From the human T2T-CHM13v2.0 reference genome, Homo sapiens, in the NCBI RefSeq assembly GCF_009914755.1, contig NC_060929.1: a stretch of DNA of 64,000 nt. The stretch is one strand, 5' to 3'. A program made the position numbers and the translations under genes. Positions 29,279 through 41,670 of this stretch are shown here, piece after piece; position 1 is the first letter of the stretch; the number at the start of each line of letters is the position of its first letter. The notes under the pieces were generated by a model, which made no database searches, had not been told where the DNA came from, and was given only the letters and a program-made list of their open reading frames with translations.

Positions 29279-31189
29279 AATCCCAGCTCAGTAGCTTCAG
29301 GGAAGCCTTCTCTTTTATGTCAAACCCCTCTCTATTAGGCTGTCAAAGCAACACCACCTGTTTTCCTTGGCTCTTATCATAGAGGCACTGTTGTATTTAT
29401 ATGGGTGATTATTTGTTTAACATAAGTCTTCCCCACTAGAATGTGAGCACCATGAACGCAAGGACTTGCCTGCTTTTCCTCAATATTCTCTCTCCAGGGC
29501 CCAGCACAGGGCCTCTTCATACTGGCTGCTCAATAAATATAGGTTGATTAAATGAACTCAGAGTTGGAAGGCAGTTACTGCATGAGTGATTGAGGGCATT
29601 ACTTAATCTCTTTAATTTTCTCATTTGCAATTTGGATAATATCTGCTCTATGTCCTTTTGAAAGCCATGAAATAAAATTAAGTGCTTAATAAATTATTAA
29701 GTGCTGTACAGATTATTTCTACTAAGGAACTACAGACTGAGTCTATCCCCAGGATTTGGAGCACTTTCAGGAATGTCAGCCTCAAAAACTGGAGCTGAGA
29801 GGACAGTGAATAGAGGCACGACATGCTGTTCCTTTGTTTAAATGGAAATGGCCACAGAAGCTTGTAAACTCAGTCATCATTGTGTCACCTGAGGCCAACT
29901 GGAAATCTGGGCCTCTCCTCCAGAAGCCATGCCTGGAATAGCACAGGGTACTGTGGTCTTTGCAATTGAACTCTGATGGGTCTGAGGTCATGGTTGTTGT
30001 CAGGACAGCTGTGTGAGTTTGTGGTCTAGAGGGCAAAAAGAAGAGACCAAAAGACATGCCTGTGTGTCTCCAGCATAGTCTGAGAAAGAAGAAGCTTTGA
30101 TGGGCAAAGCTCCAGTACAAATATCCTCAGAATTGGAGACGTGAACTCACCACACTTCTGAGGAAACTCTGCCAGCCGACGGCCCCCATATTCAATTATT
30201 GCTAAGTATTTTCATTCCTAACCTCATCCTCTAGCTGAGCTGACCCCTAGTTTCTACTAACCTGGGAGAGAGAACCCCAGCTTTGGAGGCTGAAAACCTA
30301 GATCAAGTCCTAGAAAATAAACAAATGACCAAATACTGAGTCCCTGCTGTGTGCCAGGCGCTGTGCTAAGAACAGGATGTGCTTTAGTTCATTTGCTCTC
30401 CCCAGCAGTCCTCTAATGCAGGCAGAAGTACCCCCAACCCCATTTTACAGATGAGGAAATGAGCCTAGCTGCCTGCCCAAGGTCACACAGCTCAAACATA
30501 AGCTTCCTACGGCTCAGTTTCCTGATTCACATAATGAGACAAAGCAACTCATCACAGGATAAGAATAAAAATCAAGTGGACTGATGGCGTTGAGTGTCAC
30601 ATGAGGCTTAGATTTTGGGATCAGCAGCATCAACATCACCTTCAAGCTTGTTACAAATGCGGAGTTTGTGGTATCATTCCAAACAACTGACCCAAAGTCT
30701 GCATTTTAACATGATTCGAAGGTGACGTATATGCACTTTAAAGTTTTGAGAAGCTCAGATGTAAGGTTATTAGCCCCCACTATAAACTCTTGAGCTAGCA
30801 TCCGACTCATTACTGTCTTCTCAATTTGGTTAGTGAGAATCTATCACTCTGTACCTTGATTGCTTCTAGGACAGTTTAACGTGAACACAAATCAGTGGGG
30901 GCTGTTGATAACGGCAGATTCTCATCCAGGGGGTCTGAGGTGAGGCCCCAGAGTCTGTGCTTCTCACATGTTCCCAGCTGATGCCACAGAAGACTTTGAA
31001 CTACACTCTCAATAATGAGGGGTGAGAGGAACCTGGCAAATCAAATATCTGCATCTGCAAAGTGGAAACCAGGCTTTGTGCTTGAATGACATTCATCAAG
31101 GAAAGGCACCTCCACCAGGGCATACACGTCTAGAGGGAAGGGAGCATCTCCAGTCTTCCTTGCATTCTCAGCACTTAGCTGAAAGAATG

Positions 31190-31725
31190 GGCATTACTCC
31201 CCTGCTTAACAGTGTCCAGTGGCTTCCTATACACACAAAACCCCACACTGCTCACCAGAGCTCACAAAGCCTGACCCAACCTTGCCCCACTGGCCTCCCT
31301 GACCCCTTCATACCTCTCCTCCTCCACTGAAGTCCCACCACACCAGACTTTTTTCTGTTTCTCAAACACACCAAGCTTTTTCCTGCCTCAGGGTCTTGGC
31401 ACCTGCTCTCCCCTCGACCTGGAATGCCCTCCCTCCAGCTCTTTCCATAGCTGATTCATACCTCAGCTCAAATTTCACCTCCTCAGCGAGGCCGTCCCTG
31501 ACTGACCTGCCTAACCTGGTGTACCCACACCCCACCCCAAAACTCTCAAACATGAGATTTTTTTTTCTTGCTTAGCCCTTATCAGCCTGAAAATGTTTCA
31601 TTTGTTTATTTACTTATTGGTAGTTGCTTTTTCTCTCTGATTCTTATGAAAGCAGAGACTTTGTCCACAACTTCTGGTGCACAGTAGGTGCTCAATAAAT
31701 AGCTGTGGAGTGAACGGATGAATGG
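31190..31725 (+). mobile_element. L2 LINE 3' fragment
   Basis: cctgcctcagggtcttggcacctgct...acctggaatgccct...cacagtaggtgctcaataaat...gaacggatgaatg. Confidence 0.8.
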
Positions 31726-32339
31726 ACTAACACATCTCCAGGAACTCATAATTTGCTCCTGTCGCTACAACAAAGGAGGGGAAGATGGAGGGCTATGGGA
31801 GGCCAGAAGAGGAGCGAGCATTCCTCCTGGATGAGGAGGAGGCAGGGACGGGGAGGAGGGGCCATAATCAGGGCCAGCTCCCTGAAAGAAGTGGTTTTAA
31901 ACTTCACCTGGAAGGGTGGAAAGGATTTTGACAGGCAATGGTAGGTGGAAACAGCCACTCCAGGCAGAGAGAACAGTTTGTACAGAGGCTCAGAAGCTGG
32001 CAAGGGCGGAGGGCTTAGGGAACAGTGCATACAACTGACGGGTGGAGGCTGAGAATTTGCCCCGTTCCTGCCCAACCCATGGCTCCAGGCAGAGACAGCC
32101 CTCCCTGCAGGAGTGACAGAGTCTGGCAGGAGTCCTGCAGCTGAGCAGCTGAGGTCAGAGCCTCTCCTCACCAAGCCTCGGCCACACCCATAACCTAGAT
32201 GACAGATGAGGCATTAGGAGGGGACAAGTGGGTCTGGGGATCGGGACCCACCTCCATCCTACTCCCCACCTCACTCTAGCAGGCAGCTCCGAGGCCCATC
32301 TGGCTTCTGCCCTCTTGTCTCTATGGTTCCTTCAGTCCA

Positions 32340-32510
32340 AGGGTGAGCAAACTTTCTGTAAAAGGCCAGGTGGTAAATATTTTGGGACTGTGGGTCAGAT
32401 AGTCTCTGTTGCAACTACTCAGCTCTGCTGCTGTGGCATGAAGCCTGCCACAGACAAGACATAAGCAAATGGTGGTTCCAACAAGACTTTATTTACTAAG
32501 ACAGCTGGGA
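32340..32510. mobile_element. MER58-type DNA transposon
   Basis: agggtgagcaaactttctgtaaaaggccag...gtctctgttgcaactactcagctctgc. Confidence 0.75.
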
Positions 32511-33489
32511 GGCCTATGTTTTGATTTATGGATCTCCTGCCACTTTTGAGACCCCAAATGCCCTGTGCCGTCTGCCTTCTGGCCTAATCCCACCTCTACA
32601 GTCTACAGCCTCCTCTCATTGCCCCCTTGGTTCTTCCCACCCAGGCACCTGGATCTCTAAGGGCTTCTGCAAACACGTGGTTCTCTCTCTCTGTCTCTGT
32701 CTCTCTGTCTCCCTCTCCCTCTCTCTCTCTTTCTCTCTCTCCCCTTCTCTATCTCTTTCTCACCTGTGCTCCTTCACACCTGGCTTCCTGCTCCCTGTGG
32801 AGTTCCTTTTCTCTCTCCAGTTGTGCCTTTGAAACCCTGACTTGTCCTCACTTACCAGTCACATCACTCTCTCAAGGGAACCTTTCAGATGCTCCAGATG
32901 CCAGGCCCTCTCAGGTGCCCACATATTCTCTCTTTACAGAGCTTGGCACATTGCAATTATTTCATAAACCACTTGTGATCATTTGTTTCAGGTCCATGCT
33001 TATTTCTAAGTCCAAATGGGAAGAAACCACATTCATCAGCCTTTTCTATTCCATTCCCAGAGCCAAGGACAGGGAGCATGGCACATAAAATGTCCTCAAT
33101 AAACATTTGTTGACTGTTCCTTAGGTCATGGCCCATAAGACTCGTTCATTCATTCGCCACTGTTGCTCATGCACCTACTATGGACCAGCCATTGTGCTGC
33201 ACAGGGAAGATACAGGAGTGACACATGCACGGAAGGTCTCTGCCCTTTGAGGAGCTCACATTGTATTGGGGGTAACACATTCTAGAAACTGGATTCTATT
33301 AGTCTCAGTGTGTGACCTTAGCAAGGCACCTAATTGTCTGAGCTGCCTAGAAAATAGAGACAGACTGAATTGCCTAATTTAGAGTTTCCAACTACATTTT
33401 GAGGAATCCTGGGGTTCTGTAGTGCTTCCTAGGTTCAGCAAACAGTGATGTTTCTTTCCAGGAAGAATTCAATGGCCTAAATAAGCTAT

Positions 33490-33524
<35 letters not shown>
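33490..33524. repeat. (TTG)n microsatellite
   Basis: About 11 perfect units. Confidence 0.95.
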
Positions 33525-33525
<1 letters not shown>

Positions 33526-35039
33526 TGCCATTTTCTGTTATGGAGTTCCACTGAAAAGTTCACATGTAAAGTAGGTTCCACTGCTCAAGAAAGAGTTGGA
33601 AGCCACTTGCTAAGTCTGGACATGGTATGGGCCAGAGTTGAGGAAGGTAGAAACTCTTAGTGCCTCCAAGATGGGGTCAGGAGAAGCTAGCCAGATGTGC
33701 ATGGGGGAATGACTTTCTGGGAAACAGAAGATGGTGTCCAAGGAAATACACAGATGGAGTGCCAGCCAGAGAGAGAGAGAGAGAGCAATCCAACAGAGAT
33801 CCAGCAAGATGGGACGGAGACGGGCACTCCCTGGGTCTTGAGCACATGGAACTGAATGCCTGGTCACTGACAGTGGTCAGAGGTCTCGGCAAGAAAAATG
33901 AAGGTTCTGGGAGTTCTGAGAGCAATAGGACCAGAGCCTAAGGGAGAGATAGGGGTAACAGGTAAGCAAGATTCCAGTCTCAAAGAAGCTGAGACCTAAA
34001 TACAAAGAGACAAGACTTAAATCAGAACCAAAGCCCATGGTGGGGACCCGGTTGGTTTCTGAGAGGGGCACCATGACCCACAAATCAGGTCAGAGTTGGA
34101 ACTGCAGCAAGCTGATTTATGCTTCTAATCAAGCTTCCTGCCCAGAAGTCTCTAAGTCTCCCACTACTGCTTGTCCAAAGTCTCCCGGACAGCAAGAGGG
34201 AAGAAGCAGAAACACAGCTCCCTTTACCTGATCCCTTGAGCCGTGTTTTTCCCACTACCTAACCCATGCGATGCAAACTGGACTACGTTCCAAATCCAAA
34301 TAGGATTTTCTAAGCCTGCACTAGACAATGAGTTGTTTATTGAGTGCTTAGTGAAAGGGAGAAGATAATTTACTCTTAGCTGAGTTCTGGCTCATGTCCT
34401 CAGGAACCAGACTGACATTTATGTTTTAGCACCAGCCCATTAGGGGAACTGGAATGGCTTTTTCTGCCTGTAGCTGAGCATCTCCGGGGCGGTCTTAATG
34501 GTGATCTTAAAGTTCCGTCTACATAATACCAAAGCTACAGGTCAGTTCAGGCCAAAAATAATAAATAAAAATCACTACTATTAATAGTAAGCTTGTGAGA
34601 GCACTCTGCTCACTTTGCACTTTATCCTACTTGCTCCTAAAGATCACCCATCTTGGGGAGGAAGCAGAGGGACAGGCTAACGTGCTCCCACCTCACTTTA
34701 GGATTTCCCTCTGCTACATCACCCTGTGGTACTCTTCAAAGCACTTAACACTCTTTAAGCTAATAGTCTATTTTTAAATGCCTTCCAACTAGACTATAAG
34801 CCCCACAAGACAGGGAGTGTGTCTTTCTTGGGTAGGGCTTTATCTCCAGTGCCTAAAATCTGATAAATGCTCAGGAAATAGATATTGTATGTGCTGAATG
34901 ATGTCAATAATGAATTTGGGGTGAAAAAAAGGTGGAAATATGTGCGAGGATATTACTATCATTTGAGTGATAATAAAAATGTCTCTGGAAACAGGATTCC
35001 AGTATTTTTTTTTTTATTTCTGTAGTTTAAATTTTAAAA

Positions 35040-35720
35040 CATTGAGATACCACCTCACAACTATTAAACACTCAAAGACAACATTAGTAACTGGCTGTGT
35101 TGGGGAGGGCCTGAGGAAAAAGGCACTCTCCGCATTGTAGGAGAATACATTGACAAGAGCATCATGAAGGGCCATTCAGCGTCTATCAAAACAACAAATG
35201 CATATGCCCTTAGTATTCTGCTATTTCACTTTTGTGGAATTTTTCCTACATATATAATCACAATCACATGAAATGACATGTGTATAAAGTTATTGATTGC
35301 AGCATTGTTTACAGTAGCACAGTATCAAAAATAACCAAATTGACACCACTAGAGAACCAGCTAAATAAACTGTTATTCCCATCATGCAAGGAGATACTTT
35401 ACAGCTGTAAAAATGAATGAGGATACTGTTTGTAGAGTCATATGAAAGATTTTCCAAGATTTACATTTTGAAATAAGCAAGGTACAAAGCAGAGTGTATA
35501 GTATGCTATAATATTTAAAATGGCGGGAGAGTATGTCACTGAATTGTTTTTATACACACAAAATATCCCTGGAAGAATACACAAGAAACTAATTTTTTAA
35601 ATGTGGCCTATGGTAGGGAAATGGGGGCATGCTATTCCTTGTTTAATTTTTCATTTGGGAATCATGAGAATTCATTATTTGTTCATATAGATTACTTAAA
35701 AATACTTTTAAAATAAAAAA
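35040..35720 (+). mobile_element. Old L1M (ME-type) 3' fragment
   Basis: tgagataccacctcaca..., attgcagcattgtttacagtagca, aataagcaaggtacaaagcagagtgtatagtatg. Confidence 0.65.
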
Positions 35721-38079
35721 TGAGCTGTTTTAACACCAGTGGACCTTGTGAAAGATAACTTTAGGAGACTGACGCAGCAGAGGCATCATGTCTGCAAGTA
35801 GAAGATGTTGGTCTCAGGCCCAGCTCTGACATTGACATTGGCATTGACATTGATGCTGATGTCAAGGTGTTCCCTTTCCTGGGCCTCAGTGTCCCATCTA
35901 TGGGATAAAGAGGGAGAACTAGCAGGTGTTTTAAATACCTCCTGCTAGTCTCACCTTCTGGGATCTAATCTGTGGCTAGGCTTTACTTAATTTGGCTTAA
36001 AGCACATGCTGTATAAAACATGTCCTGTTAAAAGCATTTTGAGTACAGTATTTTTTGTTACTTTGCTTCATTCGTTTGTTTGTTTTTCAAATTGCCACTT
36101 ACCATTTTTAGTACAAATTCCTTTTGAAAAGCTCCCACTCTCTCCATCTCTCTGAAGAGGGGCACCTGGGTGTCATGAATACACCTGTGGCCTAAGATAT
36201 GGTAATGGAGGGAACAGACCAGGTTCTGAGTGGATGAAAATAGCTCAAAAGGAGATAGCAAGGAGCACCAAGAAAAAATTTGCTGGGAATAGGAGCATCT
36301 TGTTAGATGCATGCTGAACCCCCGAACTCAGTTTATCCAGGTGGAGGTCCCAAGAAACCAAATGCAGCTCCCTTTTTTACAGTTCTGCATATGTGGGAGC
36401 TGAATTGCATACTGATTTCATCTTGCTGAAGTGCACATTCCCCTTCCAGTAACAGCAATCTAGCTTCCTATTTTGGGGTTTCCTTCCCCCTACCCCGCAC
36501 CCCATTAGCCCCTGTCTGTGTTCTCTAGCCCTGAATTCAGATGTCCCAGACTGGTCAAATAATGGTATTCTACTTCCCTGTCACAAATGGCCATCATGTC
36601 CAGAGCTTTTGTCCAAAGTGCTAGGGAATAAGACACTCTTTTTTCTGTTCCAGTCAAACACAGGGGAGAGGGAAGATAAGATGTAAACTTCTGGTCACCA
36701 CCCTGAAACTGCATGAAGCTTAGGAATGAACAGGGAAAGCACATCCAAGAGATGGTGACATCTTTGAGGTACTATCAACCTGCTCCTGGAACCAGTGTGG
36801 TTTTTAAGTCACTTGAACCAATACATTTTTTTAAAATTACTTAAGCCAGTTTGAGTTTCACCTTCTGTTTCTCAAAGTGAAAAGAACCTGCATACAACTT
36901 CTTGTACATGAATATTGATATCACTTCCCAGATTTGGGACGTTTTCAGCTATTATTTCTTTAGATAGGCTTTGTGTCCCTTTATCTCTCTCTTCTCTTTC
37001 TGAAATTGCATTATGTAAATATTAGTTCTCTTGATGGTTTCCCATAGATCCCATAGACTTCTTTTATTCTTTTTTCTTTTTGTTCCTTCGACTGGATAAT
37101 TTCAAGTGTCCTGTCTTTGAGTTCACTTATTCTTTCTTCTGCTTAATTGAACCTACTGTTGAAGCTTTCTATTGAATTTTTCAGTTTATTCATTATACAT
37201 TATAAATATATACAATTATTATTTATCAATTAAAAATACATTTTAAAAGGAACAAATGCCATATAAATACCAACTCCACTTGACTTATAGTGACTTCCTG
37301 AAGAACTATATTGGGAAAAACCCTGGGGCCTTGTCTGGGCTCATGACTCATGAGGAAGGTATGCAGGAAGAGGGAAAAGGTGAAAATTGAGCATTCCTTG
37401 ACTAAGTCGAAACCCCTGACTCAGTCTTCTGCCTCACTCTGGACTAGGCAATGCTTCATATATCTCCAAGGTTGGTCTTTCAGGTTGGCATATAGGAAGG
37501 AATTTGTCAGCATGTATCCCTGAAGGGTAAATGTCCACATTTGCTTAGATGTTTAGTGGGTATTCCAACCCTCAAAGAGCTGTGCTTGGTGCTGTAAACA
37601 AATTTGTTCCCAGTATCTGACCTAAGAGAACTTATACTCGGAAGGAGGCATCTGCTTCCTGCTTCACCTTGAAGGTTATGTACTCCACTCACTTCTTTGA
37701 CCTCAAATAATTTGTAATCTGCAAATAGTCAAAGTGAGCAATGATGCCAAAAAGCATAATGGGTTATAGAGGTACCATTTACAAAGTGTATAAAACAGGA
37801 CAGGAAGTGAATCCTAGGGATGGAAGCAATGGAAGATTACTCCCATTATTTTTAATCTGGTTTTCATGGTTCCACCAACCTGGGCAAGCTAATCTGGTTA
37901 ACTGAGACTCTTCTTGATAGAACTTTTATTGGTTCTGACTCCACTTGACATCCTCAGAAAACAAACACTGAATAAGAATGAGCTATTTTTCTGGAAAAAA
38001 AAAAAAACTATTCACTCAAAGCACTTAAAATCAAAACACACGCAAAAATATATTACTACTCATTTGAGGGTACCCTGTT

Positions 38080-38680
38080 ATGAAGGTATAATTTATATAT
38101 AATAAAATTCATTATTTTTTAGTTACAGAGTTCTATGAGTTTTGGCAAATGCATTCAATGCCATCACTACTACAATCAAGATATAGAACAGCTCCATCAC
38201 TTCAAACAATTTTCTTGTGTCTTTTTTCATCAATTCTTCCTCCAACTCACAGCACAGATCTGTTTGCTGATCCTGTAGTTTTTAAAATGCCATATGGATT
38301 ATATACAGTATGTAGCATTTTAAGTCTGACTTCCTCTAATTAGCATAATGCATTTGATGTAACTCCAAGTTGTTGCATGTATTGGGTGCTCATTTCTTTT
38401 TATTACTGAGTAGTATTCCACTGTATGAATACACCATAGTTTGTTTATCCATTTCCCAGTTTGAAGACATTGGGTTGTTCCAATTTCTGGCAACTATGAA
38501 TAAATCCACTCTAAACATTCGTGTATAGGCTTTTGTATACATAAGTTTTCATTTCTTTGATATAAATACCTAGGAGTAGCAATTCTGGATCACTTTGTAA
38601 GTGTATGTTTAATTTATAAGAAACTATCAAAGCATTTTCCAAAACAGCTGTTTCATTTTGCATTCCCAGCAGCAATAGCC
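38080..38680 (-). mobile_element. Old L1M 3' fragment, antisense
   Basis: gagtagtattccactgtatgaatacaccatagtttgtttatccatt...ttttgcattcccagcagcaat. Confidence 0.8.
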
Positions 38681-40656
38681 ACTTTTATTTTTCAATGTGT
38701 GGAATGTCATTTTTATATAGATTTGGCCCACTATCATATCTCCATTAGGGCTCAAAAGACTTCATGTCTGTGCTGGGAGCAAAGTAACCTATAGATACCA
38801 CTCGATCATTTTTCTGACATGAGACTTACAGAGTATCATCTCTAGGGTGATTTTTGAAAAACACATAAATGCAGAATCTTGGTGTTTAAAAGGAAATTAG
38901 AACTCATTAGTTCAACTTCTTTAAGTAAGGCTGTTTTGATCCAATTATAATCAATTTTCACTCACTAAGGCCCTGCTTAATAGCCTATTTTACTGCCCGT
39001 GTGAAATTGGGTATGTTACATAACTGCCTTAAACCACAGCTTCTTCATCTCTGCAGGGTTTTTGTAAGAACAAGAGAAAAAAAATGTATCTGAAATCAGA
39101 AAGCAATTAAATATTGTGCTAATTAAAAAACAGACATTGCTAGTGACTGTTCTAAAAACCTAATAGCACAAATCATGTGATTACTAAATGTTAGAACTAA
39201 AAGAACCTTAGAGATCTTCCATTAGGTCCCAGCTCTAAATGATAGACTTAGTGAGAAAACGGAAGCCCTGGAAAGCCAAGGTAACCCCACTCACTCCCTA
39301 TTACATCTCCTTGTCTTACTTTTATCATAGCACTCATTTTTCTGCTGTTTCTCTGACCCTTTGTGAGTTAAGATCTGCCAGGGTAGCAACCTCCATCAAC
39401 TACATTGCTTAGAATGCAGTAAGTTCTTAATAAATGCTTGTTGAATTATCATTTTAAAAGTGAACTTCAATTAGATTATTCATACACAACAGGTTTGAGT
39501 ACATGACAGATACCTTTTTTGACAAATTATTAAGCCACTTGTTAGGGTGACTTGTAGGCATCATAATAAGCCAAATCAGAGCATAAGAATTGCTCAGTCA
39601 ACCAAATGTGACGAGCCTAAATCCCATTCCCATGCTGTAATCTCCCAGTCCTGTTCTGTCTTGCTCCTCCAAGGGACACGTTGTATAAACAGCATCAAGT
39701 GTTAACTTGTTAAAACAGTTACACCCAAAAAATGCTGAGATTATTTAACAATGCAATAATATGAGGTCATATCAAGAATTCCAAGGAGAGGCAGAGTTTT
39801 CAAAGACTCCAGTTCAATGCCAGGGAGCTATTGTTTCTAAAATGATTTTTGGAAAACGAAATATTAATTCCCCAGCTAATGTATTTCATGGTAGTTCATT
39901 GTGCTTAATTCTCTAATCTGAAATTCTTTATTTTAGATCCATTCCAAAATCATCTTATTAGTCTCACACTTTAGAAGAAATGTGTAAATCAAATGCTTCT
40001 AAATTTAATTTGATTTAAATTATTTTAACCACTGTAACCCCTCTGTGGGGAGAGGAGAAAAAGCACATTTTTGCCAATGGTCTTTGTTCTGAACAAAGAT
40101 TGGTTCTATCTGTCACCATTGGGAATGTTCAGGAATATTCTCATTGGATTGCAAGTGCCAAGAGGACAAGAACTTTATAAGTTTTTTTCATTGATCTATT
40201 GCTACAGCCTGGGGCAGTGCCAGGCACATAGAAGGAATCTAACAACTATTTATTGAGTATGTAAGTAAACTTGAGGAGATAAGGTGTTGAAACTCTCCCA
40301 GGCCTTATTCATGAGAGATCAGGCTGAGCTTCCAGCTAACATTTCTATCCCACAGCAGACCTGCATGGTCTTTACATCTATAGTCTTGGGCATATTCCAT
40401 AAGACTTCCACATATTTGGCTGGGTTTCTCACCTATAGCATTTTCAAAGAGTCTCACTATATATAAACACTGAAATAACTAAGTGCCAGGAATGACTACA
40501 GAAACAAAGGGAAACCTTATAACGAGTGTGGTGGAGTGATTCAGTGAAGATCATCAGATTAAGACTGAGAAGAACAAAGCTGTGGTCACTCTCCCACCAC
40601 TTAACAAGCGTGGGAAGCTCACCAAGTCATGTCCTCACTCGAGGCCTCATTCAAAA

Positions 40657-40658
<2 letters not shown>

Positions 40659-40702
<44 letters not shown>
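40659..40702. repeat. (TG)22 microsatellite
   Basis: Perfect dinucleotide run. Confidence 0.97.
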
Positions 40703-40704
<2 letters not shown>

Positions 40705-41149
40705 CTTTAGATCATGAAACTTCTCATCTGAAAATCTCCACTCTGTGGCCCAGAGTAAGCTTACATAGTGAGTGCACCTAAAGGTGAGCCATCTCCACTT
40801 TGGCCACTTCTCCAGATACCCACAAGGAAGTGCCGAGAATGCTGTTGCACCTCCTCTGGCCAAGGACAGAGAGTCATATCATCTGCCCACTTGGAGACAG
40901 AGAAGGTGACTTACCTAATATTTTTCTTGCATGTCTTAAGGACAAGGCTGGGTTCTTTTGGCCTTACTGGGTAATAAAAACTCTATGCACACAGGCTAGA
41001 AGTTGAGTGGTGGAAGATTCAAGAGAACAAGCTAGATTTTATGAAAAGTGGGTAACAAAGCATCTTTACTCCTTCTCCCATGGACATGAAAATCATTATC
41101 AAAAATCCTACCCCAGATGGGAATGTTATCTGGTCTTGTAAAGCTGCCT

Positions 41150-41670
41150 TACTATCTAGTCCCCAAGATAGCCCCAAGTGAACCAGGCTTCCCAGTGCTC
41201 ATGCCATTGAGTAATCCCCTCCTATACCAGCTCTAGGCTGGCTTTGTATAACCAATAAAATATAGCAGATGTGACACTGTGTGACTTCTGAGGCCAGGTC
41301 ATAGGAAGCTTTGCAGCTCCCCGTTTAATCTCCTGGAATGCTAGCTCTTGGAATGCACTCTCTTGGAACCAGCCACCATGCTGTAAGACGGCCAAGCCAC
41401 ATGGAGTCGACATGGCTCACGGCTCCAGTTGATCACAGCCCCAGCTGAGCTCCCAACCAACTGCAAGCATCAACTGTTAGCCCCGTGAGGAAGCCATCTT
41501 CGATGCCCAGCCCAGAGGAGCCTTTGATGACTCCAGCGCTGGCCACTATTGGACTGCAACAACAGTAGAGAACCCAAGCGAGAATTGCCCGGGTGAGCCC
41601 AGTCAATCCATCAGACCAACAGATGATGATAAGCTGTTTTAAATCAGAAACTTTTGGGGTGGTTTGTTAT
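41150..41670 (+). mobile_element. MLT1-type MaLR LTR
   Basis: gtgacttctgaggccaggtcataggaag..., cagccccagctgagctccca..., ttttggggtggtttgttatg. Confidence 0.8.

Noticed and set aside
36905-37250. Antisense L1M piece joined to a short sense L1MA-like 3' end (possible twin-priming inversion)
   Set aside because: No convincing TSD and the pieces are too diverged to assign to one insertion by eye.
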